DNA from: an uncultured Candidatus Saccharibacteria bacterium
GTDB taxonomy: Bacteria > Patescibacteriota > Dojkabacteria > SC72
Reading direction: 5' to 3'
Assembly (NCBI GenBank): GCA_964655705.1
Contig: CAZZPP010000002.1
Span: 32,231-96,230, forward strand
Length of the DNA: 64,000 nucleotides
Shown: positions 10,734-20,836 of the stretch, piece by piece
How the letters are laid out: each line of letters starts with the position of its first letter
Numbering within the stretch: the first letter of the stretch is position 1
Translations under genes and position numbers: made by a program
Notes under the pieces: generated by a model
Told to the model about the DNA's origin: nothing
Database searches by the model: none
What the model saw: the letters and a program-made list of their open reading frames with translations, nothing else

Positions 10734-11945
10734 ATGTCATCAAGAGTAAATAGGTATAGGCAAAAAAAAGAGAAGAAGAAAGCAAGAAAGATACATTTCA
10801 GTATTGAAAAGATTTTCTTTCTTTTCCTCATTGTTGGTGCTCTAACCTATGGTATATATGCATATATTGGTTTCAAGAATATCAAGAGTATTGATGTTTT
10901 AAGAGAGAGTAATTCTGATTTTTACCTTCTCTCAAAAAGAAAGGATCAGTTAGATAAGACATTGATAGTATTTGAGCAGGAATATAATGGTAAGGATAAG
11001 ATATCGATGGCATATCTGTATTCAGAAAATAAGGAGAAGGAGATTTCTGTTTTAACATATATTCCTGGTTGGGTTGAATATACTGAAGTAGAGGAGGATT
11101 TTGGGAGTAGTATCCCAATATCTTCTTTTAAATTTGCAGGGGAGTTTCTATCCCAGGGTAGAGGTTTTGAATATGCAATATGGCAATTTGAACAACTCTT
11201 AGGTGGTAATATTGATGAATACATATGGATTAGTTCTGATGCTTTTGAGGTTTTCTCTGACAAACTTGGGGAGGTATCTGGTGATAGTATATATGCTCAG
11301 TACTATACAAATGGTTTTGATTCTAACCAAGAGGCTTTCTTTCTAAATAGTTTCATTTCAAAATTAGGATGGATTAATCTTGCCCTTTCCTCATCCAAGT
11401 TTAAAGATTCAGAAGCAGTGATATATTCTTCCTTTCCCACATTGGGTAATACTGTTGCTAAATTAAAGCAGATTCATTCAAGTACGCTTTCTACCAGACC
11501 TTTCTTAATTGATTTAAGTAGTAGTAAGTATCTTTCTCAACAAGAAGCTTCCAGTGGGGTAGGGATTACTAGCTATATTAATACCTCGGAGTATGATCTA
11601 GTTTGGAGAGAGTTTGCAGATGATATGATAGATAGGGAGCTGGAGAGAGAAAGAGTTAGAGTGGAGATATATAATGGGAGTGGTATGTCTGGTTATGCTA
11701 GCCAGTATGCTAGAAGAATTCGAAATAGTGGGTGTGAGGTTGTCAGATATGATAATGCACCTGTACAACAAGAAAAGACTCAATTCTATGTACCAAAGCC
11801 TGATGAATTTAAATATTCATTAGAGGTTATCTTTGAACTTTTTCCTGGTTCCTATGAAATTGTTCAGGGTAGACCCTCTTTTATGACAACTGGAGATGTT
11901 GTCATCATACTTGGCAAGGATATCCCTACAGTATATTCCTTCTAA
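10734..11945 (+). CDS. Membrane-anchored LCP-like protein with LytR C-terminal domain
   Basis: N-terminal TM; C-terminal VEIYNGSGMSGYA...DVVIILGKD typical of LytR_C. Confidence 0.7.
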   Translation: MSSRVNRYRQKKEKKKARKIHFSIEKIFFLFLIVGALTYGIYAYIGFKNIKSIDVLRESNSDFYLLSKRKDQLDKTLIVFEQEYNGKDKISMAYLYSENKEKEISVLTYIPGWVEYTEVEEDFGSSIPISSFKFAGEFLSQGRGFEYAIWQFEQLLGGNIDEYIWISSDAFEVFSDKLGEVSGDSIYAQYYTNGFDSNQEAFFLNSFISKLGWINLALSSSKFKDSEAVIYSSFPTLGNTVAKLKQIHSSTLSTRPFLIDLSSSKYLSQQEASSGVGITSYINTSEYDLVWREFADDMIDRELERERVRVEIYNGSGMSGYASQYARRIRNSGCEVVRYDNAPVQQEKTQFYVPKPDEFKYSLEVIFELFPGSYEIVQGRPSFMTTGDVVIILGKDIPTVYSF

Positions 11946-11985
11946 CATCTTCTAAATATTTCATTCCTAATGTAGAATAGAGAAT

Positions 11986-14439
11986 ATGAATATCGTTATC
12001 ATAATTTTAGCCTTACTCCTGCTATCATTACTGTTTTTAGCATTTATTGCTTTGATTAGAAGAAGTAGAGGTACTGAGATTGAGGTATTTGATGAGGTGA
12101 GAAATCCACTAGTAATGCAGATTCTTGTACCCAGAGAGAATGACAAGACACCTTTGGCAGCTGAGCAGATGTTTGCCTCTATACATGGTATATTAGGGGA
12201 TAATGTAAGATCTTTGGATTTAGTTAGCTTCGAAATTGTATCTTCAGGAAATGATGGTATTAAGTTCTATGCTGTTGTACCCAAAAATATTGCGAAGTTT
12301 GTAGAAGGTCAGATTTATGCACAGTATCCTAATGCAGACATTAAATATGTACCTGACTATACGCCTCTTAAGGAGAAGAGTATGCAACTTTTTGTTACTA
12401 CGGGAGAGATTGAACTGGAGAAAGATTTCATATTCCCGATTAAAACCTTTAGGAATTTTGAAGTAGACCCTTTAGCAGCTATTACTGGGGCTATATCGGA
12501 TTTAAAGATTGGTCAGAGTGCATGGATCCAGATATTAGTTAGACCTGTTTCTAATTATTGGCAGAGTAATTCTAAAAAATATATTACAGACATTAAGGAG
12601 GGTAGGGATCCTTACGGTAAGGGTTTCTGGTTCAATATTGGAAACATTTTCAAAGGTGTTGGTGATAATATCTCAAATATGGGTAATGAGGATGTTTTAA
12701 GAAAAGAGGTTGTGAAATTAGAACCGGGCCAGGAGGAAGAGTTAAGCGAGATTGAGCTAAAGATGCTTAAATTAGGTTTTGAGTTTAAGGTAAGGGTTAT
12801 TACAAAGGCTTCTTCTCAGATTGAGTCTGAGCAGATTCTTCGCGATATTGTTGCTAGTTTTAAACAGTTTACTACTGCTCATCTAAATAGTTTTATACAT
12901 TCGAAACCTACCCAAAGTGGTAAAGAGATATACTCCGACTATATTAAAAGGTATCTACCTTCTGAGATTATTGATATTATCAATATTGAAGAACTTGCTT
13001 CTCTTTACCATATGCCTAATATATCTGTAGAGACTCCCAATATTGCTTGGAGTAGATCTAAAAAGATTGAGCCTCCAATGAATCTACCCAAAAATGGAGA
13101 GGATGGTGTTACTGTTTTTGCAGAGACTGATTACAGGGGTAGTAGATATGAGTTTGGAATTAAAAGAGAGGACAGAAGAAAACATTTCTACATACTTGGT
13201 AAAACTGGTGTAGGGAAGTCTACAGTTTTCAAGAATATGTTTGTATCTGATATCTTGCGAGGGGATGGTGCTTGTATGGTAGATCCCCATGGTGAGTTAA
13301 TCGAAGAACTTTTAGACTTTATTCCACCCGAAAGAGTAAATGATGTAATATATCTTAATCCTACTGATACTCAGTATCCTGTCGGTTTTAATCTATTAGA
13401 ATTAAAGGACAAGTCTCAGAGAGATTTAATCGCTGATGGGGTAGTGGAGGTATTTCATAAACAGTTTGGTACCTCTTGGGGTCCTAGATTACAATATATT
13501 CTTACTAATACAATTGCTACTGCACTAGAGGCACAGGGTACTACCCTTCTGTCTGTTACTAGATTGTTAATGGACAAAAACTACAGGAAATTTATTCTTA
13601 AGCAGGTTAATGACCCCATATTGATAAAGTTCTGGGATGAGGAGTATGCTCAGATGTCACAAAATCCTAGACTTTTGGCTGAGTCTGTTTCTCCAATACA
13701 AAACAAAGTAGGAAGATTCATTTCTTCAGCAGTAACAAGAAATATTATTGGTCAGGTAAAGTCCACGATTGATTTAAGAGAGATAATGGATAACAAGAAA
13801 ATATTACTTGTTAATTTAGCTCAAGGCAAATTAGGAGAGGAAACAGCTTCCCTTCTGGGTGGAATGATTATTACTAGACTACAATCTACTGCACTAGAGA
13901 GAGTAGATATGCCTTCAGATCAAAGAAATGATTTCTACCTTTTTGTTGATGAATTCCAAAACTTTGCTACAGATTCCTTTGCGAAGATTCTTTCTGAGGC
14001 GAGGAAATTTAAATTAGATTTGTGTATGACTAATCAATATATTGATCAATTACCTTTAACAGTTAGGCAGGCCATCTTCGGGAATGTTGGAACTTTAGGA
14101 TCATTTGTTGTTAGTCAGTCAGATGCAGCAATATTGGAAAAGGAGTTTGCACCTACTGTTTCTTCAGAAGATCTTGTATCTCTAGATGCACATTCAATGT
14201 ATATCAAGTTATGTATAGATGGTATGACTTCTACCACCTTTAGTGCAAGATCCCTTCCTCCAAGGTATGAGCCTTTCGGTCTTAAGGAGCAAGTAGTTGC
14301 CCAATCAAGGGAGAAGTATGGTACTCCAAAAGAGGTAATTGAAGACAAGATTTTAAGATGGAGTAATCAAACTTACAGTGAGAAGGGTAACAGGTCTGCT
14401 AAAAAAGATGAAGAAGCATCAGAGGGCAACAGCGTTTAA
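11986..14439 (+). CDS. VirD4/TraG/HerA-like P-loop ATPase (type IV coupling protein-like)
   Basis: N-terminal TM; YILGKTGVGKS, DPHGEL, LFVDEFQNF, SEARKF..NQY. Confidence 0.85.
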   Translation: MNIVIIILALLLLSLLFLAFIALIRRSRGTEIEVFDEVRNPLVMQILVPRENDKTPLAAEQMFASIHGILGDNVRSLDLVSFEIVSSGNDGIKFYAVVPKNIAKFVEGQIYAQYPNADIKYVPDYTPLKEKSMQLFVTTGEIELEKDFIFPIKTFRNFEVDPLAAITGAISDLKIGQSAWIQILVRPVSNYWQSNSKKYITDIKEGRDPYGKGFWFNIGNIFKGVGDNISNMGNEDVLRKEVVKLEPGQEEELSEIELKMLKLGFEFKVRVITKASSQIESEQILRDIVASFKQFTTAHLNSFIHSKPTQSGKEIYSDYIKRYLPSEIIDIINIEELASLYHMPNISVETPNIAWSRSKKIEPPMNLPKNGEDGVTVFAETDYRGSRYEFGIKREDRRKHFYILGKTGVGKSTVFKNMFVSDILRGDGACMVDPHGELIEELLDFIPPERVNDVIYLNPTDTQYPVGFNLLELKDKSQRDLIADGVVEVFHKQFGTSWGPRLQYILTNTIATALEAQGTTLLSVTRLLMDKNYRKFILKQVNDPILIKFWDEEYAQMSQNPRLLAESVSPIQNKVGRFISSAVTRNIIGQVKSTIDLREIMDNKKILLVNLAQGKLGEETASLLGGMIITRLQSTALERVDMPSDQRNDFYLFVDEFQNFATDSFAKILSEARKFKLDLCMTNQYIDQLPLTVRQAIFGNVGTLGSFVVSQSDAAILEKEFAPTVSSEDLVSLDAHSMYIKLCIDGMTSTTFSARSLPPRYEPFGLKEQVVAQSREKYGTPKEVIEDKILRWSNQTYSEKGNRSAKKDEEASEGNSV

Positions 14440-14507
14440 ACTAGGGTCTTTTTCTCATAGTAGTTAAGTGGTAAAATATCAGATATATAATATGTTTCTG
14501 AGCATTT

Positions 14508-15278
14508 ATGTCAGGGCATTCTAAATGGTCAACAATTAAGCATAAGAAGGCATTAAATGATGCTAAGAAGGGTAAAGTTTTTTCTAAACTCTCTACTCAG
14601 ATTACACATGCTGCTAGAAAAGGGGGAGGGGATGTAAATATGAATCCCAATTTAAGATTGTATGTAGACAAGGCTAAAAGTGTAGGTTTCCCAATTGACA
14701 GAATTGAAAAGGCAATATCGAAAGGTACAGGCCAGGGCTCTGATGGTATTACATATGAAGAGATTACATATGAGGGATTTGGACCTAATGGAGTACAGAT
14801 TTTAGTTGACACCTTAACGGATAACAAGAATAGAACAGTAGCAGATTTGAGACAACTTTTTGATGAGATTGGGGGTAGTCTTGGGGAGAGTGGTTGTGTA
14901 TCATGGAATTTTAATGTCAGAGGTCTAATTGTTCTCAGAAGTGGTCATATGAAGAAATCAGAGAAATTTGGTGGTGTAGATGAGTATGTTAAAGAGAATA
15001 GGGAGGAAGTAATGATTAGATTAATGGATCTTGATGGAGTAGAGGATATTAAAGAAGTCGATCTTGATGGTATAGAAGTATATACTCAATTCGCAGATTT
15101 AGCTAAAGTTAGAGATTCCATTTTAGACTTAGGATATTTGATAGAGGAGGCAGATATTTTCAAAGAGCCTAAGGTTACAAAATCTCTTACAAAAAACGAA
15201 TTAGAAAAAATTCATAATGGTCTTGAAAAACTGGATGACCATGATGATGTACAGAATGTATGGAGTAACTTGGAGTAA
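14508..15278 (+). CDS. yebC: YebC/PmpR family protein
   Basis: MSGHSKWSTIKHKK, YEGFGP, TDNKNRT, DDVQNVWSN. Confidence 0.96.
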   Translation: MSGHSKWSTIKHKKALNDAKKGKVFSKLSTQITHAARKGGGDVNMNPNLRLYVDKAKSVGFPIDRIEKAISKGTGQGSDGITYEEITYEGFGPNGVQILVDTLTDNKNRTVADLRQLFDEIGGSLGESGCVSWNFNVRGLIVLRSGHMKKSEKFGGVDEYVKENREEVMIRLMDLDGVEDIKEVDLDGIEVYTQFADLAKVRDSILDLGYLIEEADIFKEPKVTKSLTKNELEKIHNGLEKLDDHDDVQNVWSNLE

Positions 15279-15294
15279 ATTAAGATATATAGAT

Positions 15295-15762
15295 ATGAGA
15301 ATATTAGGTATAGACCCTGGACTGGCTACAACGGGTTGGGCTATTGTAGATTTTGATAGTAAGGGTAACCCTTATCCTGTTGATTATGGTGCTATTCTTA
15401 CCCCCAAAGGTCTTACAGTGTCAGCAAGATTAGAGGAGATATATGTTGATTTAAAGAGTCTAATCAAAAAATTCAAGCCTGAATTAGCTGGGGTTGAGAC
15501 ATTAATTTTCTGTAATAATCTTAAAACAGCAATTTCTGTAGGAGAAGCAAGAGGTGTGGTACTGTTGGCTTTACAGGAAGGTAATTTACCCATAAAAGAG
15601 TTTACTCCATTGCAAGTAAAAAGTGCTGTAACAGGATATGGTAAGGCTACTAAAAGACAGGTTCAAGAAAATATTAAGATGTTGTGTAATCTAGAGGAGA
15701 TACCTAAGCCAGATGATGCTGCCGATGCAATAGCAGTAGCAATTGCATCTAACAGTCAATAG
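15295..15762 (+). CDS. ruvC: Holliday junction resolvase RuvC
   Basis: MRILGIDPG, GEARGV, VTGYGKATK, DDAADA; start at ATG 15295. Confidence 0.96.
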   Translation: MRILGIDPGLATTGWAIVDFDSKGNPYPVDYGAILTPKGLTVSARLEEIYVDLKSLIKKFKPELAGVETLIFCNNLKTAISVGEARGVVLLALQEGNLPIKEFTPLQVKSAVTGYGKATKRQVQENIKMLCNLEEIPKPDDAADAIAVAIASNSQ

Positions 15763-15822
15763 TAGTCCATTATGGGGTGTAGTATAATCATTTTAACTAT
15801 ATAATATCTATTTTTACATATT

Positions 15823-16464
15823 ATGGTAGATAAAGAAACAGTTATTCATGGCATAGGGTATGAGCATATGGAGAGTAATGTTGATAGAAGGATCTCTGAT
15901 ATTCAGGATTTTGTTAGTGGGACAATTGCAAACGATATAGAAATAGGTAAGAAATTGAGTAAAATGACGGTTGAAAATCTTAATAGTATAACTGCCTTAC
16001 CAATAGAAGAAATCGGAACTGTTAAATATAATTATGGAGGCGTGAATGGAGAGCCAGCTCCCCGTCTGGGTGTTTTTAAAACCAGACTTACACTTGTTCC
16101 AGAGCAATTAACTGAAATTATTGGCTCGGGTTATTTACATGAGAGCTCTTGGGTTAATTGTCTTAAATGGATGATGCAAGAAAAACTACTTCTCGTTAGG
16201 GACCCTAATGAGGATTTAGTACAAAAGGAGTGGGGAAAAATAACTAAGGGTGCTTTTTATCAAGCAGAACCATATCATAGGTTATTTCTATTAAACAGGA
16301 GGGGTATTCTTGCTATCGATTCAGGGATTTTCTCTATGCGAACATTTAAGATAAAGAATTTGGAATTCTGGAATTATCTTAGGAGATTGGAATATCAAAT
16401 TGCTAGGGAAGAAAGAAGGAAGTCATATATCATATCTCATCCTAAAGTTAAAGATACTGATTAA
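15823..16464 (+). CDS. Hypothetical protein inserted between ruvC and ruvA
   Basis: 213-aa ORF, no recognisable motif. Confidence 0.6.
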   Translation: MVDKETVIHGIGYEHMESNVDRRISDIQDFVSGTIANDIEIGKKLSKMTVENLNSITALPIEEIGTVKYNYGGVNGEPAPRLGVFKTRLTLVPEQLTEIIGSGYLHESSWVNCLKWMMQEKLLLVRDPNEDLVQKEWGKITKGAFYQAEPYHRLFLLNRRGILAIDSGIFSMRTFKIKNLEFWNYLRRLEYQIAREERRKSYIISHPKVKDTD

Positions 16465-16526
16465 CTTAGAGGTTAAGGATTGGTATTATTTAATCACTCC
16501 TTTAAGTTATCCTGTATAATGTAAGA

Positions 16527-17120
16527 ATGATTTCATATATATCAGGTAAAATACACAAAACAAGTATAGGGAAAACACCATATCTTGATATACTTATTTC
16601 TTGTGGGGTAGGGTATAGGGTATTTGTAACATCTCAATTTCATTTTTCTGAAAAGGGGGAAGACGTTGCAGTATATACTAGTTTCCAGGTTAGGGAGGAT
16701 AGTCAAATGCTTTATGGTTTTAATACTCAAGAGGAGAGAGACTTCTTTGAGGAGTTACTCTCTGTTTCAGGGATAGGGCCAAGAACTGCTCTTTCGATTC
16801 TTTCTACATATACTTTGGATAGGGTCAAAGATATCATTTTAGAGGGTGATTCTAAACTTCTGAGCAAGACTCCTAACTTAGGTCTTAAGGGTGCACAAAA
16901 AGTAATACTTGAATTAAGGGGTAAGATTGATTTCCATAGGGAAGATCAACAGGTTGAGGAGAATCAGAAATTAACGGAATTAAAAGATGCTCTTAGGGTT
17001 TTGGGATTCAAGGGGAAAGATTTAGAGGATGGAGTTAAGAGGGGAGAGAAGGAATTAAGGAAGGGAGATGTTGATATTGAAATACTAATTAAGAGAGTTT
17101 TACAGAATACAAATGATTAA
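16527..17120 (+). CDS. ruvA: Holliday junction helicase subunit RuvA
   Basis: MISYISG, GVGY, VREDSQMLYGF, VSGIGPRTAL. Confidence 0.95.
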   Translation: MISYISGKIHKTSIGKTPYLDILISCGVGYRVFVTSQFHFSEKGEDVAVYTSFQVREDSQMLYGFNTQEERDFFEELLSVSGIGPRTALSILSTYTLDRVKDIILEGDSKLLSKTPNLGLKGAQKVILELRGKIDFHREDQQVEENQKLTELKDALRVLGFKGKDLEDGVKRGEKELRKGDVDIEILIKRVLQNTND

Positions 17121-18144
17121 ATCAAGTAAAAAAACAGGAGAAAAGAATCCCGGAACAAAGAGTAGGGTAGTAGTTAGTAGTATAGAGGTAGAGGAGGCTG
17201 AGCAGAAAATTCGTCCATCTAAGCTTGATGAGATGATTGGTAGGAAGCAGGAAAAGAAAACTATTAGGATGATGGTAGATTCTGCGAAGAAGAGGGGAGA
17301 GGTAGTAGATCATATTCTTTTTTATGGTCCTCCTGGACTTGGTAAGACTACTTTTGCTCTAGCTATTGCTAATGAGGTAGGTTCTTCAATTAGAATTACA
17401 TCTGGACCTGCAATTGAAAGGCAAGGGGATTTGGCTGCTATATTAACTAATCTTAAGGCTAATGATATTCTCTTTGTGGATGAGATCCATCGTCTATCTA
17501 GAGTAGTTGAAGAGATTTTGTATCCTGCAATGGAGGATAGGGCTCTGGATATTGTAATGGGTAAGGGACCTTCTGCTAAAACAATTAGATTAAGTCTTGA
17601 ACCTTTTACCCTGATTGGTGCTACTACACAGATAGGGAAGATTAGTGCTCCCATGAGGGATAGGTTTGGATTAATTCAGAGGTTAGATTTTTTCGAGGAT
17701 GAGGATATGATTGAAATATTAAAGAGAGCATGTAAACTCTGGGAGATACAAATAGAGGAGGAAGCACTTAAACTCCTTTCCATTGCTTCTAGAGGTACTG
17801 CAAGAGTAGGCTTAAGGCTTTTGAGGAGGACGAGAGACTTTGCTCAGAGTAATAATGTTAAGATAGTATCTCCAGAGGTTGTTAACTCTACAATGAAACT
17901 TTTGGGAATTGATGATATTGGGTTAGAAAATCTTGATAGGGAAATACTTAGGGTAATATATTTCAATTTTGATGGTGGTCCTGTAGGTGTTTCAACATTA
18001 GCTGCAAGTATCTCCGAGGAGGTCTCTACACTTTTAGATGTACATGAGCCCTACCTTATGAAGTGCGGATTGATTAAGAGGACATCTAGGGGTAGAGTAC
18101 TTACTCCAAAGGGTATAAAATATGTAGAGAGTATATGGCAATAG
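17113..18144 (+). CDS. ruvB: Holliday junction helicase subunit RuvB
   Basis: GPPGLGKTT, FVDEIHRL, LYPAMED, GATT, RDRFG, GGPVG, EPYL. Confidence 0.98.
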   Translation: MIKSSKKTGEKNPGTKSRVVVSSIEVEEAEQKIRPSKLDEMIGRKQEKKTIRMMVDSAKKRGEVVDHILFYGPPGLGKTTFALAIANEVGSSIRITSGPAIERQGDLAAILTNLKANDILFVDEIHRLSRVVEEILYPAMEDRALDIVMGKGPSAKTIRLSLEPFTLIGATTQIGKISAPMRDRFGLIQRLDFFEDEDMIEILKRACKLWEIQIEEEALKLLSIASRGTARVGLRLLRRTRDFAQSNNVKIVSPEVVNSTMKLLGIDDIGLENLDREILRVIYFNFDGGPVGVSTLAASISEEVSTLLDVHEPYLMKCGLIKRTSRGRVLTPKGIKYVESIWQ

Positions 18145-18962
18145 AGGGAGATGTTATCAAAACAGAAGATTCTGTAAAAAGGGGGAAGTTAATAGCCCTA
18201 GCTTTGTTAATAGGGCTATCTATGTTTGTACAAACATTAATCAAAACCCAGGATGTAACAATTGCTAGGACATTAATTACATCAATAATATATCTTCTTC
18301 TTTCCTTTGCTGGATTAGTATGGGCATTTGATTTTCAAGTTAAGATCAAATCATTGCCTTTTCTTTTGCATAGTTCTCTGTTTGTAATGTCTGAATATCT
18401 CTTTATACAGTTATTCTTTGTTGAGAAATTTAGTCGTATATATGAAGGTATTCTGTTATTAATATTAGTTGCATTGGTATCAATAGGTTCATACATTTCA
18501 TTTTTAATGGCTAATGTCTTTAATGTTAATCTGTACAAGAGTATTCCTCTTGCCAATGTTGGTAGAACGACCTCATATATAATTTCAACACTATCAATCT
18601 TCTTTTTAACTTTTAGCTTACTCTCAATTCAACTCCCAATATATATTCTTCTTCCTATACAATTAGGTATAAGTATATTCTTTGTATATATTCATTTGAG
18701 TAATTTAGGATACGAGGGTTTTGTACTTACTCGTAAAACAGTATTGGTTTCCTTAATTGTGTTTATTATGTTTTTAAGTTCCTTTCTATCTGGAATTATT
18801 CATGAGGTTTGTGCACTTGCCCCAACGGTAGGGTACTTTGTAGGTATTGGGATAGCCAATATTAAGAGGGATAGTTCTAAGAATAGTTTAGAGTATATAT
18901 TATATATTCTTGCATTAATTGGTGTAATTATTCTTAATTTTGTATTAAATATTTTCTCATAG
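18135..18962 (+). CDS. Hypothetical multi-pass membrane protein
   Basis: About 8-9 hydrophobic segments; overlaps ruvB stop. Confidence 0.7.
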   Translation: MAIEGDVIKTEDSVKRGKLIALALLIGLSMFVQTLIKTQDVTIARTLITSIIYLLLSFAGLVWAFDFQVKIKSLPFLLHSSLFVMSEYLFIQLFFVEKFSRIYEGILLLILVALVSIGSYISFLMANVFNVNLYKSIPLANVGRTTSYIISTLSIFFLTFSLLSIQLPIYILLPIQLGISIFFVYIHLSNLGYEGFVLTRKTVLVSLIVFIMFLSSFLSGIIHEVCALAPTVGYFVGIGIANIKRDSSKNSLEYILYILALIGVIILNFVLNIFS

Positions 18963-19037
18963 ATAGCAAGAAGTAGGGGAGTAGGGCTAATAGCAAAAAA
19001 GAGCCCATAGTTTCACATGTCCCATAGTAATTATCAA

Positions 19038-19046
19038 TGTGGATAA
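19038..19046 (-). promoter_or_regulatory. Perfect DnaA box
   Basis: TGTGGATAA = reverse complement of TTATCCACA, in a 450-bp intergenic region with an AT-rich tract (~19250-19330). Confidence 0.45.
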
Positions 19047-19188
19047 CTTTGTGTTAATAGGTTGAATTAAATATATTGATATCTATATATGAGGGTAGTT
19101 AGTAGTAAGTGAGGGACTAGTGTGTTCATGGGTGGTGGATATACCATCCCCTATACTTGATATATGTTATGATTTTTAGTAATATGTA

Positions 19189-19216
19189 ACCGAGTATAAT
19201 CATCCTTATATGCGGT
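19189..19216. other. dif-like tyrosine recombinase site (11-6-11)
   Basis: ACCGAGTATAA-TCATCC-TTATATGCGGT; arms 9/11 inverted-identical; ~200 bp upstream of Xer-like gene. Confidence 0.7.
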
Positions 19217-19413
19217 CCTAAGCCAGGAGAGTCCTAGGAGGAGTATGTGACTATATATTTTTAATATTATTTATTAATGATTAACTTACTGAAATATATT
19301 TTTAATTTATTAATTTCATTTATTAAATTTCTCTTAACTACGTTTACTCTTCCTCATTTCATAATTTAGGTCCCCTACTTTGATTTTAAATTTTAAAAAG
19401 ATAATATATACAT

Positions 19414-20832
19414 ATGAAGAAAACATATTTACTAAGTAGTATACCTAAGCTTCCTGATCAAGATACATATTTTCTAAGTCTTCAAAATGATGCTTACAGT
19501 TACCAAACCATAATTAGTTATGCAAGGGATTTGTCTATCTTTAGTGTATATTTACACTTTAATAATATCCAATTTAAAAATCTTTCTAAACAAGACGTTT
19601 TAAATTACAAAGGATACCTAAGTAGTGGGAATCATTTAAGAGATTTGGATAGAATAAGGGAGAAATGTGTAGAAAGTGGCTTTAAATCAATACAAACAGG
19701 AAGCGAGGCTCTTAGCGCCTCAACAAGGGCATCAAAAAAAACTAGTGGTATGATTGGACCTGTGGAGAATGGGGGAAAGGAAGAAAATAGCTTAAGTCGT
19801 TCTCCACAGGTATATGAGGAGGACTTCTTGTGTAAAGTCTATGGTAAGGTCTATGGTTCACTTGGTATATTGGAGAGGCCTCTTAATTCTAGAGCTAGAA
19901 GTAAAAATGGTTTGGATGCTAGAAGTATTAACCGGATGTTGTCTGCTTTAAGATCGTATCTTAAATTTAGAATTGAATTTGATTTGGATATTCCAATTCC
20001 TCCGGATAGTATAAAGATGGTAAGAACTGATAAAAAGGTTAAGAAAGTTGCATCTTTAGAGGAACTAGTTAGTCTAATTGAATCACCAATGGAGTTCGAA
20101 AAAGATGAGCGTGTAGCACTTCGTAATAGATGTATGCTAGAGATGTTGTTTGCTACTGGTATGAGAATATCGGAGTTGATTGGATTAAATATGGAGCAGT
20201 TAAATGTAGAGGGTAAGATATATGTAACTGGTAAGGGCAAAAAAGAAAGGGCAGTATATATGACTCAGAGATCTTTAGGATGGTTAAACAAATATTTAAA
20301 GTTGAGATTAGAGTACGCCTTTTCGGATAGAGAAAAAGAGGAGCAGCCAGGAAGTATTGAAAAGGTGTTCTCAGATTTAGGAGTTGAATCTCAAGCCATG
20401 AAACCTCGTGAAACATCTTCTGATGAGACAATCTCCAAGGGTTTGAATTTAGAAGTTTTTGATACAGAGAACAGGAAATATATTAAATTAATAGAAGAGT
20501 ATAGGAAGAGTAAGTTCCTAGAGAAATTCAACTCCCCTGCCCTATTCATACCTTTCGTTGGTATTAGGAGTAAAAAACCGAATTCTAGGATATCTACTAA
20601 CTATTTCCAAGAAAAAATTGCTGATTACAGAAAAAGATTAGGTATTCAAATTCCTACATCAGCGCATAGTTTAAGGCATGGTTTTGCAACATATATGGCA
20701 GAGGATGGTGCTAGTGCAGTAGCATTACAGATTCTTTTAGGTCATGAGAGTTTAAATACAACTACTAAGTATGTTCATGCTAGTGAGAAATTTGCAGAAG
20801 ATACGGTTAGAAAGAATCATCCCTTAAAATAG
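19414..20832 (+). CDS. XerC/D-type tyrosine recombinase with two large insertions
   Basis: YQTIISYARDL, SINRMLSALRSY, ATGMRISEL, TGKGKKER, HSLRHGFAT, LGHESLNTTTKY (R-K-H-R-H-Y intact). Confidence 0.92.
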   Translation: MKKTYLLSSIPKLPDQDTYFLSLQNDAYSYQTIISYARDLSIFSVYLHFNNIQFKNLSKQDVLNYKGYLSSGNHLRDLDRIREKCVESGFKSIQTGSEALSASTRASKKTSGMIGPVENGGKEENSLSRSPQVYEEDFLCKVYGKVYGSLGILERPLNSRARSKNGLDARSINRMLSALRSYLKFRIEFDLDIPIPPDSIKMVRTDKKVKKVASLEELVSLIESPMEFEKDERVALRNRCMLEMLFATGMRISELIGLNMEQLNVEGKIYVTGKGKKERAVYMTQRSLGWLNKYLKLRLEYAFSDREKEEQPGSIEKVFSDLGVESQAMKPRETSSDETISKGLNLEVFDTENRKYIKLIEEYRKSKFLEKFNSPALFIPFVGIRSKKPNSRISTNYFQEKIADYRKRLGIQIPTSAHSLRHGFATYMAEDGASAVALQILLGHESLNTTTKYVHASEKFAEDTVRKNHPLK

Positions 20833-20836
20833 GAGT

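Noticed and set aside
15217-15294. Extended RuvC N-terminus
   Set aside because: Overlaps yebC; RuvC begins MRILGIDPG at 15295.
20419-20460. CTGATGAG inside the recombinase gene as another hammerhead
   Set aside because: No stem II followed by GAAA and no flanking stems.
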